From Mizuhopecten yessoensis (lineage: Eukaryota), in contig NW_018408850.1 of the NCBI RefSeq assembly GCF_002113885.1, positions 222,739 to 286,738 on the forward strand: a stretch of DNA of 64,000 bases. Direction: 5' to 3'. Shown here one piece after another: positions 41,130 to 54,784 of the stretch (position 1 is its first letter; each line of letters starts with the position of its first letter). A program made the position numbers and the translations under genes. The notes beneath the pieces were generated by a model. That model did not search any database. It saw only the letters and a program-made list of their open reading frames with translations, and was not told the DNA's origin.

Positions 41130-44100
41130 TCACAGAGAAGAGTTAGCTGCTGGAACAGTCAGTGTCACCCTCCGACTGGACCGTGATCTGTCTGTGGACC
41201 TGAAAGACAAGAATATATACAGATATACCTAGGTAAGTCATGACCATGATTGCTTCTTGTTTAAGTGGAAATTCTCATGTGTGGAAATGTTTGCGTTGCG
41301 ACTCTTTTAAATGATCACAGTGCGATTTTTTTTGTGTTGGAAATAGTTCTGAAATCTATATATTCTAAATATAAATATATAAACAGTATATATAATCCAT
41401 AAATACATATTCATGTGGATATTTTCACGCTTATTTACTAAACGTGATGAAAGAATATCCACTGCATGATAAATCCTCCCGCCAAAACAGGTATATTACA
41501 CCAGTTGCAGCAGTCAGAATTTTCATCTTTTCCATTCTACCATTTTTTTCCACAACTCAAACACTTTTGTTTCCTCCTTGGCATACCCAGTTTTCACTGC
41601 TCTGTATTAATTACCTCTTTGTGTTGATAACTTGATTGTTTGTTAAATCAAATCATTAAATTTTGTCAAAAGGTAGCACCAGATGTACTTTGGATATCAT
41701 AGCTGGGTTTATAGATAAGTCTGGTTTCCTTGACATGGTATGAAGCTTTTTAACTTACTTGTATAGTATAGGATTGACCTTGATTACTTACTTGCATACA
41801 ATATGCACTGTGACCCCTGGGTCAACCTTGACACTGTCTTTCACATCCTGCCAGGTAGTGCCATTGTCTGTACTGTAACACAGTGGGAGTCCAGGGTAGG
41901 CTGATGTCACGCTTAATTTATCACCTTCAATCCTGAAACATAACCAACAGTACACTTCAGTTCTATAAACATGAACATTTCATTTACGTACATGTATGAC
42001 TGACCATGAATTTGAAAATAAAATAAACACTTCTAGAATTCCCTTCCAGTAATAAGCCATAATATGGATCCTTCATCCCTGCCACAACATACATGGGTGG
42101 TGGTGGGGGCATTGTGACACTACAGGAGTGGTGGTGGGGGCATTGTGACACTTCAGGGATGGTGGTGGGGGCATTGTGACACTACAGGAGTGGTGGTGGG
42201 GGCATTGTGACACTTCAGGGATGGTGGTGGGGGCATTGTGACACTACAGGGGTGGAGGTGGGGGTATTGTGACACTACAGAAATGACGGTGGGAGTTGGG
42301 CATTACAGGGGTGGAGGTGGGGGCATTGTGACACTACAGGAATGGCGGTGGGGGCATTGTGACACTACAGGGGTGGAGGTGGGGGTATTGTGACACTACA
42401 GAAATGACGGTGGGAGTTGGGCATTACAGGGGTGGAGGTGGGGGCATTGTGACACTACAGGAATGGCGGTGGGGGCATTTTGACACTACAGGAATGGCGG
42501 GGGGGGCATTGTGACACTACAGGGGTGATGGTGGGGCCATTGTGACACTACAGGGATGGTGGTGGGGGTTGGGCATTACAGTGGTGATGGTGGGGGCATT
42601 GTGACACTACAGGGATGGTGGTGGTGGGAGCATTGTGACACTACAGGAGTGGTGGTGGGGGTATTGTGACACTACAGGGGTGGTGGTGGGGACATTGTGG
42701 CATTACAGGGGTGGTGATGGGGGTATTGTGACACTACAGGAGTGGTGGTGGGGGTATTGTGACACTACAGTGGTGGTGGTGGTGGTGGTGGGGGGCATTG
42801 TGACACTACAGGAGGGGTGGTGGGGGAATTGTGACACTACAGGGGGGGTGGTGGGGGCATTGTGACACTACGGGGGTGGTGGTGGGGGCATTGTGACACT
42901 GCAGGGGTGGTGGTGGGGGCATTGTGACACTGCAGGGATGGTGGTGGGGGCATTTTGACACTACAGGAGTGGTGGTGGGGGCATTGTGACACTACAGGGG
43001 TAGTGGTGGGGGCATTGTGACACTACAGGGGTAGTGGTGGGGGCATTGTGACACTACAGAGGTGATGGTGGGGACATTGTGACACTACAGGGGTGGTGGG
43101 GGGCATTGTGACACTACAGGAGTGGTGGTGGGGGCATTGTGCCACTACAGGAGTGGTGGTGGGGGCATTGTGACACTACAGGAGGGGTGGTGGGGGAATT
43201 GTGACACTACAGGGGGGGTGGTGGGGGCATTGGGACATTACAGGGGTGGTGGTGGGGGCATTGTGACACTGCAGGGATGGTGGTGGGGGCATTTTGACAC
43301 TACAGGAGTGGTGGTGGGGGCATTGTGCCACTACAGGAGTGGTGGTGGGGGCATTGTGCCACTACAGGAGTGGTGGTGGGGGCATTGTGCCACTACAGGA
43401 GTGGTGGTGGGGGCATTGTGCCACTACAGGAGTGGTGGTGGGGGCATTGTGCCACTACAGGAGTGGTGGTGGGGGCATTGTGACACTTCAGGGCTGGTGG
43501 TGGGGGCATTGTGACACTACAGGGGGGGTGGTGGGGGCATTGTGACACTACAGGAATGGCGGTGGGGGCATTTTGACACTACAGGAATGGCGGGGGGGGC
43601 ATTGTGACACTACAGGGGTGATGGTGGGGCATAATACAAGAGGCATCATGATTCAGGTTATTGGTGGGGGGTGGGCATTACAGTGGTGATGGTGGGGGCA
43701 TTGTGACACTACAGGGGTGGTGGTGGGGGCATTGTGATAATACAAGAGGCATCATGATTCAGGTTATATCTTCCGGATTTTCGATACGTCTCGATCTGAA
43801 TATAAGTGTATGCCGCTTCAGCTGAAATGTCTGTGAGACGTTCAATTTCATTGGCTGATCTCTAAACCCTCAGCCAATAGGCTGCGAGGATACAATTTTC
43901 ACAAAGTATTCATAACAAAATGGCGGACTGCGGTAAGGAAATGAATATTTGATCGAATCGTGGTACAAATATCGAGATACGTATCGAATCATGGGTAAAG
44001 TGCAACGTGACAGCTCTAGATAATACAGTGTTGTTGTTGGGGACATTATGGCACTACAGGGGTGGTGGTTTGGGCATTTTGGCACTAAAGGGGGGGGTAT

Positions 44101-47100
44101 TGTGGCACTACAGGGGTGGTGGTGGGGGAATAGTGGCACTGAACTCATCCTCTCTTAATGAAATGTTCCAGATTTCACTTCCAATGCATCTAGGATCTTC
44201 TCCCTTAATTGTGTCTTGCATTAAGGTAACCCCTTTTTTCTTTACAAACTTACCAAACTGTACGTGTTTATGAGCAGATAGCTCTGAAAATTTTCAGAGT
44301 TGGGGGAAGGATCAATTATAAACAAAGTGAGCTGCGGCTCACATAAATATACCCCCTTCCAAAGTGTTGAGTGTGACCTTTGACCCTTTAACCTTGACTG
44401 ATGACTTCCCAAATATAATCATGTGTAGAACTGGATGTTACCACACTATGGTATTATGTAAATAGAAGTTACATCCGTTTAGGTGTTAGTGACATTGATA
44501 TCTTATACACAAGCTTTTTTACTGAAAAAGTGGCCACTGGTCAACTGTCACCTTTGACCTTTTGGCCTTCACTGATGACAAGCAAAATCTAGAAAATGTA
44601 GAACTTGAAGTTATTAAGGCATTTATGTAAATATGAAAAGGGGTTAAAAACTTAAAAGGTTTATATCTTGTTCACAATTTTAACTCCAGTAAATACAGAA
44701 CTGAAACAAAATTGTAGGCACATAAAGGGATGCATGCACATACTGATAATGTAATTTTTCTATTTACACTAAGAACACTGGAAATAAATTGTCTACCCAG
44801 GATGAATCTTCAATCCATCTTTAGTTGATCTTTGACATAAACTTTAGTCCAAATTTGGTTGATATATCACTTATACTTTTGGAGAAACAAACCTAAACTC
44901 AAAAACTTGACACTGACACCGAGGCTGTCACCACTTAGAAAAGTAACCCATAAGTCCCACCTTCAAGACATTCATATTCGATATTAAAATATTACCAACA
45001 AAGTTTTGGTGCTTATACAAACCTTTTAAACCTTTGCTTCATTTATAGTACCGCAAAAACATACACCTTTAATAGGTAATGTACACATTTAGGTACTGTA
45101 TGCACTTGATTTTTACCTGAACCTAATCAATTCAACTTCAGCGTTTTTACTGTACTGTCTTAAGCAATTCTACCTAGCTGTACCTATATTGTCTGTTGTG
45201 TTACATTGGTCAGTCCCGCAGCTGTGATTTTTTTATGTTGGAGTTCCTGGAAAATGCACATACAGCTAGCTAGAAAGGAAAATAGTACCAAGGGACACAA
45301 CTCCAACTGAATTGTCTGTTTTTAAAATCAATTCAAGCACCAAGACATTTTTTTCCTTATAGTCATACAGGTCACAAAGGCCCAAATAACCTGTCTTGGG
45401 TTCATATTACATATCTGGTTCCGTAATATGAAGTATAAGCCCATCTATTGGAGCTGCATGAATTTTACGTACCTGATACTACTATACAACTCTACACTTA
45501 CCTAGCCCCGGGAGGAGGAATGTGATAAGTCACACCCATTTTATCCAGCCTGTGCAGTTCTCTGTATCCAAGAGAGTTCGAAAACTTTGTCCAGTCTGCA
45601 GTTTGGTCTTCTTTCCTTTTATCCACGTCAGCAACTTCCTCCCATGGTGCTTTGTGCCAGGCTCGTTCGGCCAGTGCCTGAAGGCGTGGGTGGATCATGG
45701 AGTGAAGGGCATCTGAGGTCCTCACAAGCTCACTCCACAGCTGTCCCTGCATACCTGAAAGTGTAGGTCAGTAGTCTTCTTTGTTACAGTCATGTTCAGA
45801 AGTATGTTATTCTTTTTATATTTGAAACAGGAATTATTTTTACAATGTAAATGTAATACCGTAAATGTTTTTTCGCTAATATTTTTCATGGCAATATTTT
45901 TTAAAGAGAAAAATACAACCTGCACCCAGAAGACAACAATCTACAACGACATGGCTACATATATATGACAGACTTACCTATCACATTTTGCTTTTCAATT
46001 AGTACGTCATTGCCCTCATTACACTTTTTAACGTCTTCTCTTGAGAGGACTTTCCCCGTCAATTTTACGTCAGCATTGGCGAAGATGTTGTCTGGCATGA
46101 AGTTGAATGTTTTCCGTGTGTCTATGTACCGGGTTGCCCAATACAATCCAATCTCCTCCGGGTCAGGTTCATAAGGGTGGTCGAAATATAAGTGGGTCGC
46201 CTGAGACATAACCACCTATATGTAATAAAACATAGAAATGGTTAGGCCAAATCAATAATGTTGCCCTATAGCTACCTAGTCTAATTTTATTTTTTTTAGC
46301 CTACCCTGAACTTTTTTGACAATTTCCAAAGAACACTGATAAGATCAATGTTGATCTTCTATATAAACCTTATAAAAATAAACTGAAAGACAAAATTTCT
46401 GTTGTTTTTGCGAAAATCTTGTACGTGCACCCCAATAAACCACCCCGATTTTATATTCAAAACAATATAATTAAAATCAAAGGTTATTTCCAGAACTATA
46501 ATGCATCTTTATTGTAATTTCAAATCATAAAAATGTAAAATTTGTAAAATCATGAATGTCAGAATATAGGGGCAGATAATATAATGGGGCATTTGATCCT
46601 TTATTACCATATATCTATACCAACCCTATTATTTTCAAACAAGTAACAGGAAACAGATGGGTGTTTTTTTGGCATCATAGAAGAAATTAGTTTTTCTGTA
46701 ATTTGTATTTTTTAAGGCAAGGATTCACAATTTACATTGTAATATTTAAGTAGCTATGTAGGTATATTTGCATTACTAACCAAATGATATCAAATAATCT
46801 ATCACAAAATTATTTCAAACTTAAATCAAGCACTTTAACACTTTCTATAATCATGATCATTAACCTAATTAAAAAAGGAATATAATGCATATAACATGCA
46901 ATGAAATAATATTTTGTCAATATATTATATATTAATAATATTATATGTACCAATCAAAGTCCATAATCTGCAAATTTTTGAAAATTTCTAAAAAATGCAA
47001 TGGCCAGAACACTGGAAAAAGGCAGAATATCTGCATGGCTTTTAAAAATTCTTAGATAGTATTTAATGTTCCCCTCCTTCGATTCTTATATGACAGAAAA

Positions 47101-50100
47101 CCTTACTTACAATACAAGCCATTGAAATGCCGTTAACTTTCTTTAACACGCTACCTTATAGCCAGCATTGGCAAGTTTGTAAGCGAATCCGGCTAGACCA
47201 GACTCCCACACATTCTGCCATGCATAAGCCAGCACTTCCTCACTTGGAAACGCTGTCCTTTCCACGGGAGTGGTCCCACTGTGGATGAGACCATCTTGCC
47301 AGGCACCAAGTGACAATCCCTGCTTAGCAACCACCTCCGCAAGCCTCTTAACAAAGTACTCCATCAGCTTATCAAACGATTCAACTTCTCCAGTGTCGAT
47401 AAGTTTTTCACAGGCAGCTGACTTTTTCCATGCCTTATATGGTACCTCGTCTCCCCCGAAGTGGAATATTTTCAACGGTTCGATGTCGTCATGCATTTCC
47501 TTTAACTCCTTCACAATTTTTTTGACAAAATTATACGTCGATTCCAAACCAGGATTCATAGAATTTTCAGAATACATTTGAACAGATGTAGAAAGACTAG
47601 AAGTATCATGGAAGTCAGTCAGCAGATATTCCTTTGCCGATTCCGTATCGTTGGCCTCTTGGAACTTGTAGTACCGAGCCTGCATAGCCTTTATTGCAGC
47701 GTGACTGTGACCTGGCATGTCAATCTCTGGAATGACCTCAATGTGACGCCGTTTTGCAAATCGTAGAATTTCCTTGTAGTCCTCTACCGAGTAATAACCA
47801 GAACCCGACGTATCAAAGTTAGGGCCTGATCCTAACATGGGAAGGATACATGTCTTCTCCTCAAGGTCATGACCTCTACGACTTCCAACCTGAATAAGAG
47901 ATAATATAGGTGCAAATTCTTCAATTTAGAAGGATTTCATTCCACCATATAATAAATTATGTACATATATACAATTTACAAAACAAAAATCAAAATAATC
48001 ATACACTTATACTGTGTACCGTATTTGACCGCAAATAAGTCCCATCTCGCAAATAATAGATAAATTATTGACATGTAACCGTTACATCCAAACAATGCAC
48101 GAACAAGAATGTTTTCACATGTCATGCATCTACTGTCTTTGAAAGCCAATATGATTCCATTTTAGATACAAATATCTTTTCTACACGCTTGGAATATGTT
48201 ATTACAAAATTAAAGGCTAATTGATTGGTTTCAGGATTAAAAAACCCCGATCAATTACTAAAGGCTCATATATCTGTTCTTTGAAGATGACATAACGAGG
48301 CCCATCTTTACAGCCATCAATTTTACTGTTATCCAGCATGCAGCTGCCATGCAATTCTTTTGATGTACATTAAAAGTCTATTACTATATTAGTCTACTTG
48401 TATCATTTGCAAGGTGGCACATACTGAGCCTTGAATTTCATCAAAATATATTCCAAGTAAGTCTTGGATATTGATCATGAGGATGTGCTCCTACCTCCTC
48501 CCTCCATCTTCTCCTTATTAATTCTAAAAGATGAAGTGGTTATTATAAATGAATGAAAACATCTTTTTATATAAATGCAAACTCCTATTGTAGGAGTAGT
48601 GTAGGAGAAGGCAGTGTGTACCAGTTACACCAGTAGATTCGTCCATAGTTGTCGTAGTCCGAATTATTCTGACGTTTTATCGACTTTTTTTATATCGGTC
48701 TGGCGTCGGTTAATTGACGCCAGACCGATTTAAAATAGTCGATAAAACATCAGAATAATTCGGACTATAGTAGTCATAGACTAAATATGCCATAATCTTG
48801 ATATACGGTAAATTAAAAACTCTTTGAGTGAAATATCAAGATTATAATAAAGGAGGTATTTCAATAGAGTTGGATAGATTTCAAAATACCATCTAAATGG
48901 TTTGTTAGCAGGACCAGTACGTGCCATGTAAAAATAAAAATATAACCATAATGCTTGGTGTCTATCCATAACAATAAAATATTGAAGAAAATCTATGCCA
49001 AGCCATCTGTAATTTAATGTCGATAAACCAACTCACAGAGGTCAGTTCCTCCAGACCTGGGATTTCCAGACGCCAACCTTCATCGTCAGTCAGATGAAAG
49101 TGAAACTTGTTCATCTTGTACATGGCCATAACCTCTAGCAGTTTGAGTACCGACTCCTTTTTATGAAAGTTGCGCGACACATCCAAATGCATTCCTCGGT
49201 AAGAGTACCTCGGAAAGTCCACAATGTGAACATGTGGCACCTCACATCTTTCAAGTAAGGAAATGAGAGTCTGAACACCATAGAATACTCCTCTGGCAGA
49301 ACTACCAATGACTTCTATGACTTTTTCTTCAAGTTTCACAGTTAATTCATAGGCATCCATGCCAGCACTTTTGTTGCTTTCTTCCCCATTTTCTGTGACT
49401 GGACCAATTTTTAGCGATATTGCATGATTCTGGTCAGGTTTTAGAATCTTATTGGTTTGAAGATCAAGTTTGACTGAAGCAGACTTTTCTACAAAATAAA
49501 GAAAATAAACCCATGAGTAGAGTAAATTAATGAGAAGGAACTGGTAATTATATATACACATAATAAACTATCTAACTGTTCTTCCTACAGTAACTTTATA
49601 TTGCTGTCGTGTGGTTACAGACATCAACATATGTTTATTAAAGAGAAATGAGAATCAAAATGGCCTTTTTCAGACATCAACATACATAATGTATGTTTTT
49701 TAAAGAGAAAATGGAACCATAATGGCATTTTTCATTTTCTAAATACTTAATTCAAAAATTGATTGAGTAATGATTAGATATTTTTAAAAGACTTGCAGAA
49801 AATCTATGACTTCTATCATATTGTACCTAGAAGGAACTCAGCTTCCTGCATCACATCCTGGGAGGCCACTATGCACCATGGTTGTTTTGAGAGGTCCAAT
49901 GTTCCATCGCTGATCAATGTGAGGCGGTAAGGTGTAGGTGTCACAAGGCATCCAGCCTTGCCCAAATCTTCCACGTTGTTCTTCTCGTACCTTACTTCTG
50001 GGGTAAATGGATCATACTCGTCCCATCTATGTCTTTTCCAGCTTTCTGGAGTGTCAAATGGCAAAATGTAGCCAAGTTCTTCTCCCTGTGTACTCTGTAT

Positions 50101-50505
50101 AATCGTTGGTATCAGATCCTTACATGTTATGTACCAGTTAGGCATCAGATCTGATCTAGCAACAGAGTAGTACTCGGCTGTAAATGTGATCTCTAGACTT
50201 TCATCTTTGTTTAAAGTTTTAAATGATTTTAAAGGTTCCAGTGTGAAAAGACATCCGTTTACATGGCAAAACTTGACACCATAATTTTTCATACAAATCT
50301 GATCGGCATCCGGAAGTGTCTGGGGTTCCAACATGCGGATATGACAGAAGTAAATAGCCCACTTTCCTTTTCCAGTTAATGGGACGTCACCTGTATTAGT
50401 TAAGATCATTTTGGCTATGTATGTTTTCCTTGCCTCTACATTGTCTGTGACTTTGTACTTGATGTCTAACGTGTTGGCTATATAATCTAAAGTAGACTGA
50501 TCCAT
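41130..50505 (-). CDS. GH20 beta-N-acetylhexosaminidase of chitobiase architecture (about 855 aa from ATG 50505)
   Basis: Exons 50522(ATG 50505)-49827, 49488-49037, 47889-47155, 46215-45978, 45754-45502, 41932-41792 and 41199-41130, all in phase. Motifs DFPRYSYRGMHLDVSRNF, FHFHLTDDEGWRLEIPGL, IPEIDMPGH, catalytic HFGGDEVP, LYFDHPYE, GMQGQLWSE and PRLQALAERAWH. Confidence 0.93.
42096..44140. repeat. G-rich ~29-31-bp minisatellite (>50 units) in a hexosaminidase intron, interrupted at ~43767-44020
   Basis: Unit GGTGGTGGGGGCATTGTGACACTACAGGRGT. Confidence 0.95.
43767..44019. mobile_element. Truncated non-autonomous DNA-transposon fragment (hAT-like end ACAGCTCTA) inside the minisatellite
   Basis: CGATAC/GTATCG subterminal repeats; AAAATGGCGG; terminus GACAGCTCTA. 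Confidence 0.45.
44321..44965 (+). mobile_element. TGACCTTTGACC-type pearl/Helentron-like element
   Basis: AACAAAGTGAGCTG...GCTCAC start hairpin, followed by repeated TGACCTTTGACC modules. Confidence 0.5.
48655..48767. repeat. Palindromic MITE with TA ends
   Basis: TAGTCCGAATTATTCTGA.GTTTTATCGACT...ATCGGTCTGGCGTC is mirrored across GGTTAATT. Confidence 0.85.
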
Positions 50506-50589
50506 CTTGAGGGCTGGGCTTTCTGAAAACAAATAAAATAATTTGTCATTTCATTGATATAACCCTAAAAAAGCACTGAAATACATATA

Positions 50590-51915
50590 TTCTATACTTC
50601 TACTTCTAAATGGTAATGACCAACTTCAACAAGTTGAAGATAATGTCATGAGGGAGAAAGAGATTTGGTCGATTCCGAGAAAGCCAAAATGATATAACAT
50701 GTATATAGATTTAATTTTGAGGGTACACTGACAGGAGAGCAGATTTAGAAGATTCAGTAGTAGAACAGGAGGATATGATATTTGGTGGGATCTTATTCCA
50801 CTCAGATATTGATCGTGGAAAGAAGGATTGTTTTCTGACCTGGGTTCTGCAGTGTGGTATTTGGAAGGATTGGTGATGGGCATGCCTTGATTGCCTGGTT
50901 GCTGGTATAAGTCTAGTGTGTTTACTAATAGCTACCTAATTGTTCACAATTTTGAACATCATACATAGGCTTGTGTCTCGCAGTCTGTCGTCAAGGGATC
51001 GCCATTTAAGATGGTTTAACATATTAGAGACACTTGATGTTCTATAAGTGTAGACGTTTTTGTTGAGTATGTAACGAGCAGTCCTGGGTTGTACCATTTC
51101 AATTTTGTTGATGTTATCCTGGGTGTATGCATGGGTCCCAAACAGGACAGGCATACTCTAGGGATGGACAGACTTATATGATTTGTATGCCTGTGCCTTA
51201 ACTGATGTTGAACCTATTTTTAAGTTTCGACGGAGGAAGCCAAGTGTGGAATTTGCTTTGTTGGTAATATTATTTATGTGGGAATCCCTTTTTTAGTTAA
51301 GATTGGATTGTAACACTCAGGTATTTTGCTTGGTCTACATGTTCTAGCGTTTGCCCATGGAGGATGTAATTATGGATAATGGGGTTTTCCCCCTTGTTCA
51401 CAGACAACACATTACACTTGTTCGGGTGGAAGCTAGGCCATCTTCCATGTCTTTTCCCAGAGCGCCAGTTTGTCCAAGTCTTGCTGCAGAGTTTCAGCAT
51501 CACTGTTAGACTTGACAACTAGATAAGCGATAGTGTTGTCTGCGAACAAGCGGACGGTAGAGTTTAGGCCCAAATGAAATAAAGAAATAAACTTGGTCCG
51601 AGGACCGATCCCTAGGGCACACCAGAATGGACGTTGACAAAGTCAGACATTTTCCCCTCCACAACTACAGATTGCTTTCTGCCAAGAAGGAAATTCTCAA
51701 TCCGGTTTACTACCTTTCCTTTTACACCATAGTACTTTAGTTTGTGGATGCATGTCAGTGAAATTGGTCTATAATTTTCTGGATTAAATTTGTCCTTTTT
51801 TATAAATGGGGGATATATTTGCCAATTTCCAATCAATGGGGACTAGACCTGTAGCCAATGACTTGCTAAAAATTAGTGATAGGATGGGGGCTACTTCGTT
51901 AGCAAAGTTCTTTAC
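50590..51915 (-). mobile_element. Decayed CR1-like LINE with an internal RT deletion, upstream of the first identified hexosaminidase coding exon
   Basis: PENYRPISLTC, SGVP*GSVLGP, VRLFADNTIAYL, FHPNKCNVL and FFPRSISEWN; (TAGAAG)n tail at ~50595. Confidence 0.88.
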
Positions 51916-52179
51916 TGATATATATAGGTCACAGTGTATGTTCGACACATATATAAGAGCTAGACCCAAGAAAATGTCACTGGCCAAGACTGGCATCTCA
52001 TAATTGATAAAGTTAAATATTGTGTAACTTGACATAGTTCCATCTACATGAATCGCAAAATCAACTGGCAGTCATAAATGATGACACCCGTCTTAATATA
52101 TCATGGATGTGCAACTGCGTTAGTTCTGTGGAGATTTTACACCACTGCACCAGACCCTACTCCTATAACATAAGAGGCC

Positions 52180-52650
52180 GCTGCTCGGCCTTTTTTTCTT
52201 TCGGATATGATTTTACGCGGCTCCTGTCGAAAGTTTCTCGCCGTGTAAACCTCTAACATTGTTGGTGTACACCGACTGATAAGTGATATGAGACTTGCTG
52301 CATATCCTTTTCACCCCACTGTCCCGGCAAAAAAAATATTCTAGGATTCATTGTAAATCTTACGACAATCTTCAGAGGCAAAACACATTTGTGAACATTT
52401 AAAAAATATATAGAGACCAGAGACGTATATATTACATATACGTCACTGGTGCATATAAGAACCTGAGTTCATACCGAAATAGGAAGTGACACTGACAGCC
52501 GGCCGGTTACCGGTATCTCTTTGACACCATTGAAGAGGTATTTAAAGGGAAGTCACTCGAGTCACAAGTATTCGAGTTCTTTCGCTAAAGATCCAGACAA
52601 TCATTGAAAAAGTCAGAGACAGTCCGGGTAAATGTCTATATTAGCAACAA
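52180..52650. promoter_or_regulatory. CpG-enriched candidate (possibly divergent) promoter region
   Basis: Local CpG enrichment; ETS-like GGAAGT at ~52482 and ~52548; candidate donor CGG|GTAAAT at ~52627; 15-bp-arm hairpin at 52416-52450. Lies between a - strand gene and a + strand gene. Confidence 0.4.
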
Positions 52651-54784
52651 GATGGTGAAAATTCCTGCTGAGATGTGAAATGTTTTGCTGGAGACAATCA
52701 AGATACAGTTATTCTGACTACATGGTAACGAAATATATAAAATGCATAGGTCTTTATTCTGTCAAATATACAGCGAAATGTACTGTGTCGATCCAAGTTG
52801 CCGACATTTAAGCAGCATTAGTTTATCCTTTAAACAAAAATGTCACGTTTGTCCTGCTTATTGTTATTAATGTCATGGATAACGGAAATGACATGTAAAC
52901 ATCGCTTGGAGGAGCGGACCGTATTCTATATCTGCATACGTATATGTCTGCAACATTTGAGTTAATAGGACTTAATGTTATATTCATGTACTATGTAACT
53001 TGATTTATGTAGTAATATACTTGTACTCTTTGTATCCTATAACCAACTCAATATTGTCTATACAAATCAGGTAACCATTCAACACAGATAAAAACAGGAT
53101 TTTCAGTAGATAGACTGCATTACTATACTGATCAAAGTCGATGGTGCTTTTTTAGTTATAGCAACATACACTTGCTGTTATAAATCACAAAATCTAAAAA
53201 AACAAACAATACATAAGTCATAACTGAAATGAGGACAAGGAAACTAATACCTTAAGTTTTTGGCTGTTCTGTAACCAAAGCCATGAACTTATTGTTTTAT
53301 TTTGCAGTCATGTCTTTTTCAACCACTACCTTAATGTTTCAGATAGCGCCAGCTATAAATCTAATCATCTTTAATACTGCACCACATATGTCAGGGGTTT
53401 ATCTGGGGTTTTGGGGAAACTACATTTTTTTATTTTGAGGGGAAAATTATAAATCTAATAAGGGATTTTTTTTTCACAAAAAAAACTGCTTTTGAAGAAA
53501 AAATGTAAAATAGCACCAAAAATCTAAGAAATATAAATATTTTTACCAAAACCTAGGGGAACTTTTAACAATTTACTGAACTTAATTAAGGGAAAATAAG
53601 CACAAATTTTGAACCCATTACCGGAAGTAAAAAAAGGTCTAGATCAACCCCTTCATGTACATTCATGATAATGTCAGCAGAATCAATTATATTGTGATAA
53701 ATAAACTTCTACTATTGATGAAATTGTTCCGCTTGCCAGCATGTTGATAATCATCAATGCTAAATTCGCTACAACTTTTTAGTTTCTGTTGGAGGTTATG
53801 CAAACCTTGTCCAAAAGTTATGATTTCTGGAACACGGAACCTAAAGATGACAGTCCATGCAGTCAGTTAAAATATCCACACTGCAGGCCTGTGCACACCT
53901 TCTACACGGTGTATCTACTGGTTAATTTCCTTATTATAAAATATATAATATATATATAGGAAAATTAAAATTCCATGCAAAATAGAAAGGGATCAAATTC
54001 ATTAATTTAGCCATGCATGCTTGCAATTATTGCCTGGGTGATTGAAGATTTTTACTTGCCGATCGAATCAGAAACTCATCACCATAACTTTTCATCAATT
54101 ACCAGTAAATAACATGAATGAACCTCAACAAAGGAAACCCCAGAACAGATACTGTTACATATAAGCATATATTTCACTTTCTTGGTGTTTTTTTCAGAGA
54201 AGCAATTACCAGCAGTGATTTGCAAGTTAGGGGATGTTATAACTTTTAAGCCATCTTTGATATATCCAGAGTGTAGGTGAGCGTAACCCCTTGATATCGA
54301 GGATGCTTTTAAGCATAGATAGGAGTTATTGAGTATAAAGAACTTTAATGCTTGCACTATTTTATGGAGAACCTAGATGGGGGAGCAGATCAACTGTAAC
54401 CAATATCCATTGTGTCCTGTATCCTTGTTTCACATTCTGTCTCAATTCATTGTCATACTTGTAGCTCTAATGCAACTTTATTTCTTAAATGTTTTTGATA
54501 AAACTAGAACACTGACTGGTCAGTAAGGGCCCTGTCTTGTGGAAATATATCCCCCATAATCATCAAGAAGTATAATCTGTCCATATAGCTGAGCTTGACT
54601 TTTGCTATTTGGACTTCAAAAAGAATCGCAAGGAAGCAAAATATACATTTTACATGTACTATGATGTGAGTCTGAATTGTTTCCTTCCACCTCCATATTT
54701 GCTGGGCTAACAGAAATTTAAATACCGGTGCAATACTCATTTGTTACCTTTGAATTGTTTTATTTAACCTTATAAACCTCCTCA

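Noticed and set aside
42635-43545. Gly/Trp-rich ORFs
   Set aside because: Translations of the G-rich minisatellite inside an intron.
47270-47766. Plus-strand ORFs over hexosaminidase exons, and similar antisense ORFs over BHMT, PHYH and BTB exons
   Set aside because: Antisense shadows of real coding exons.
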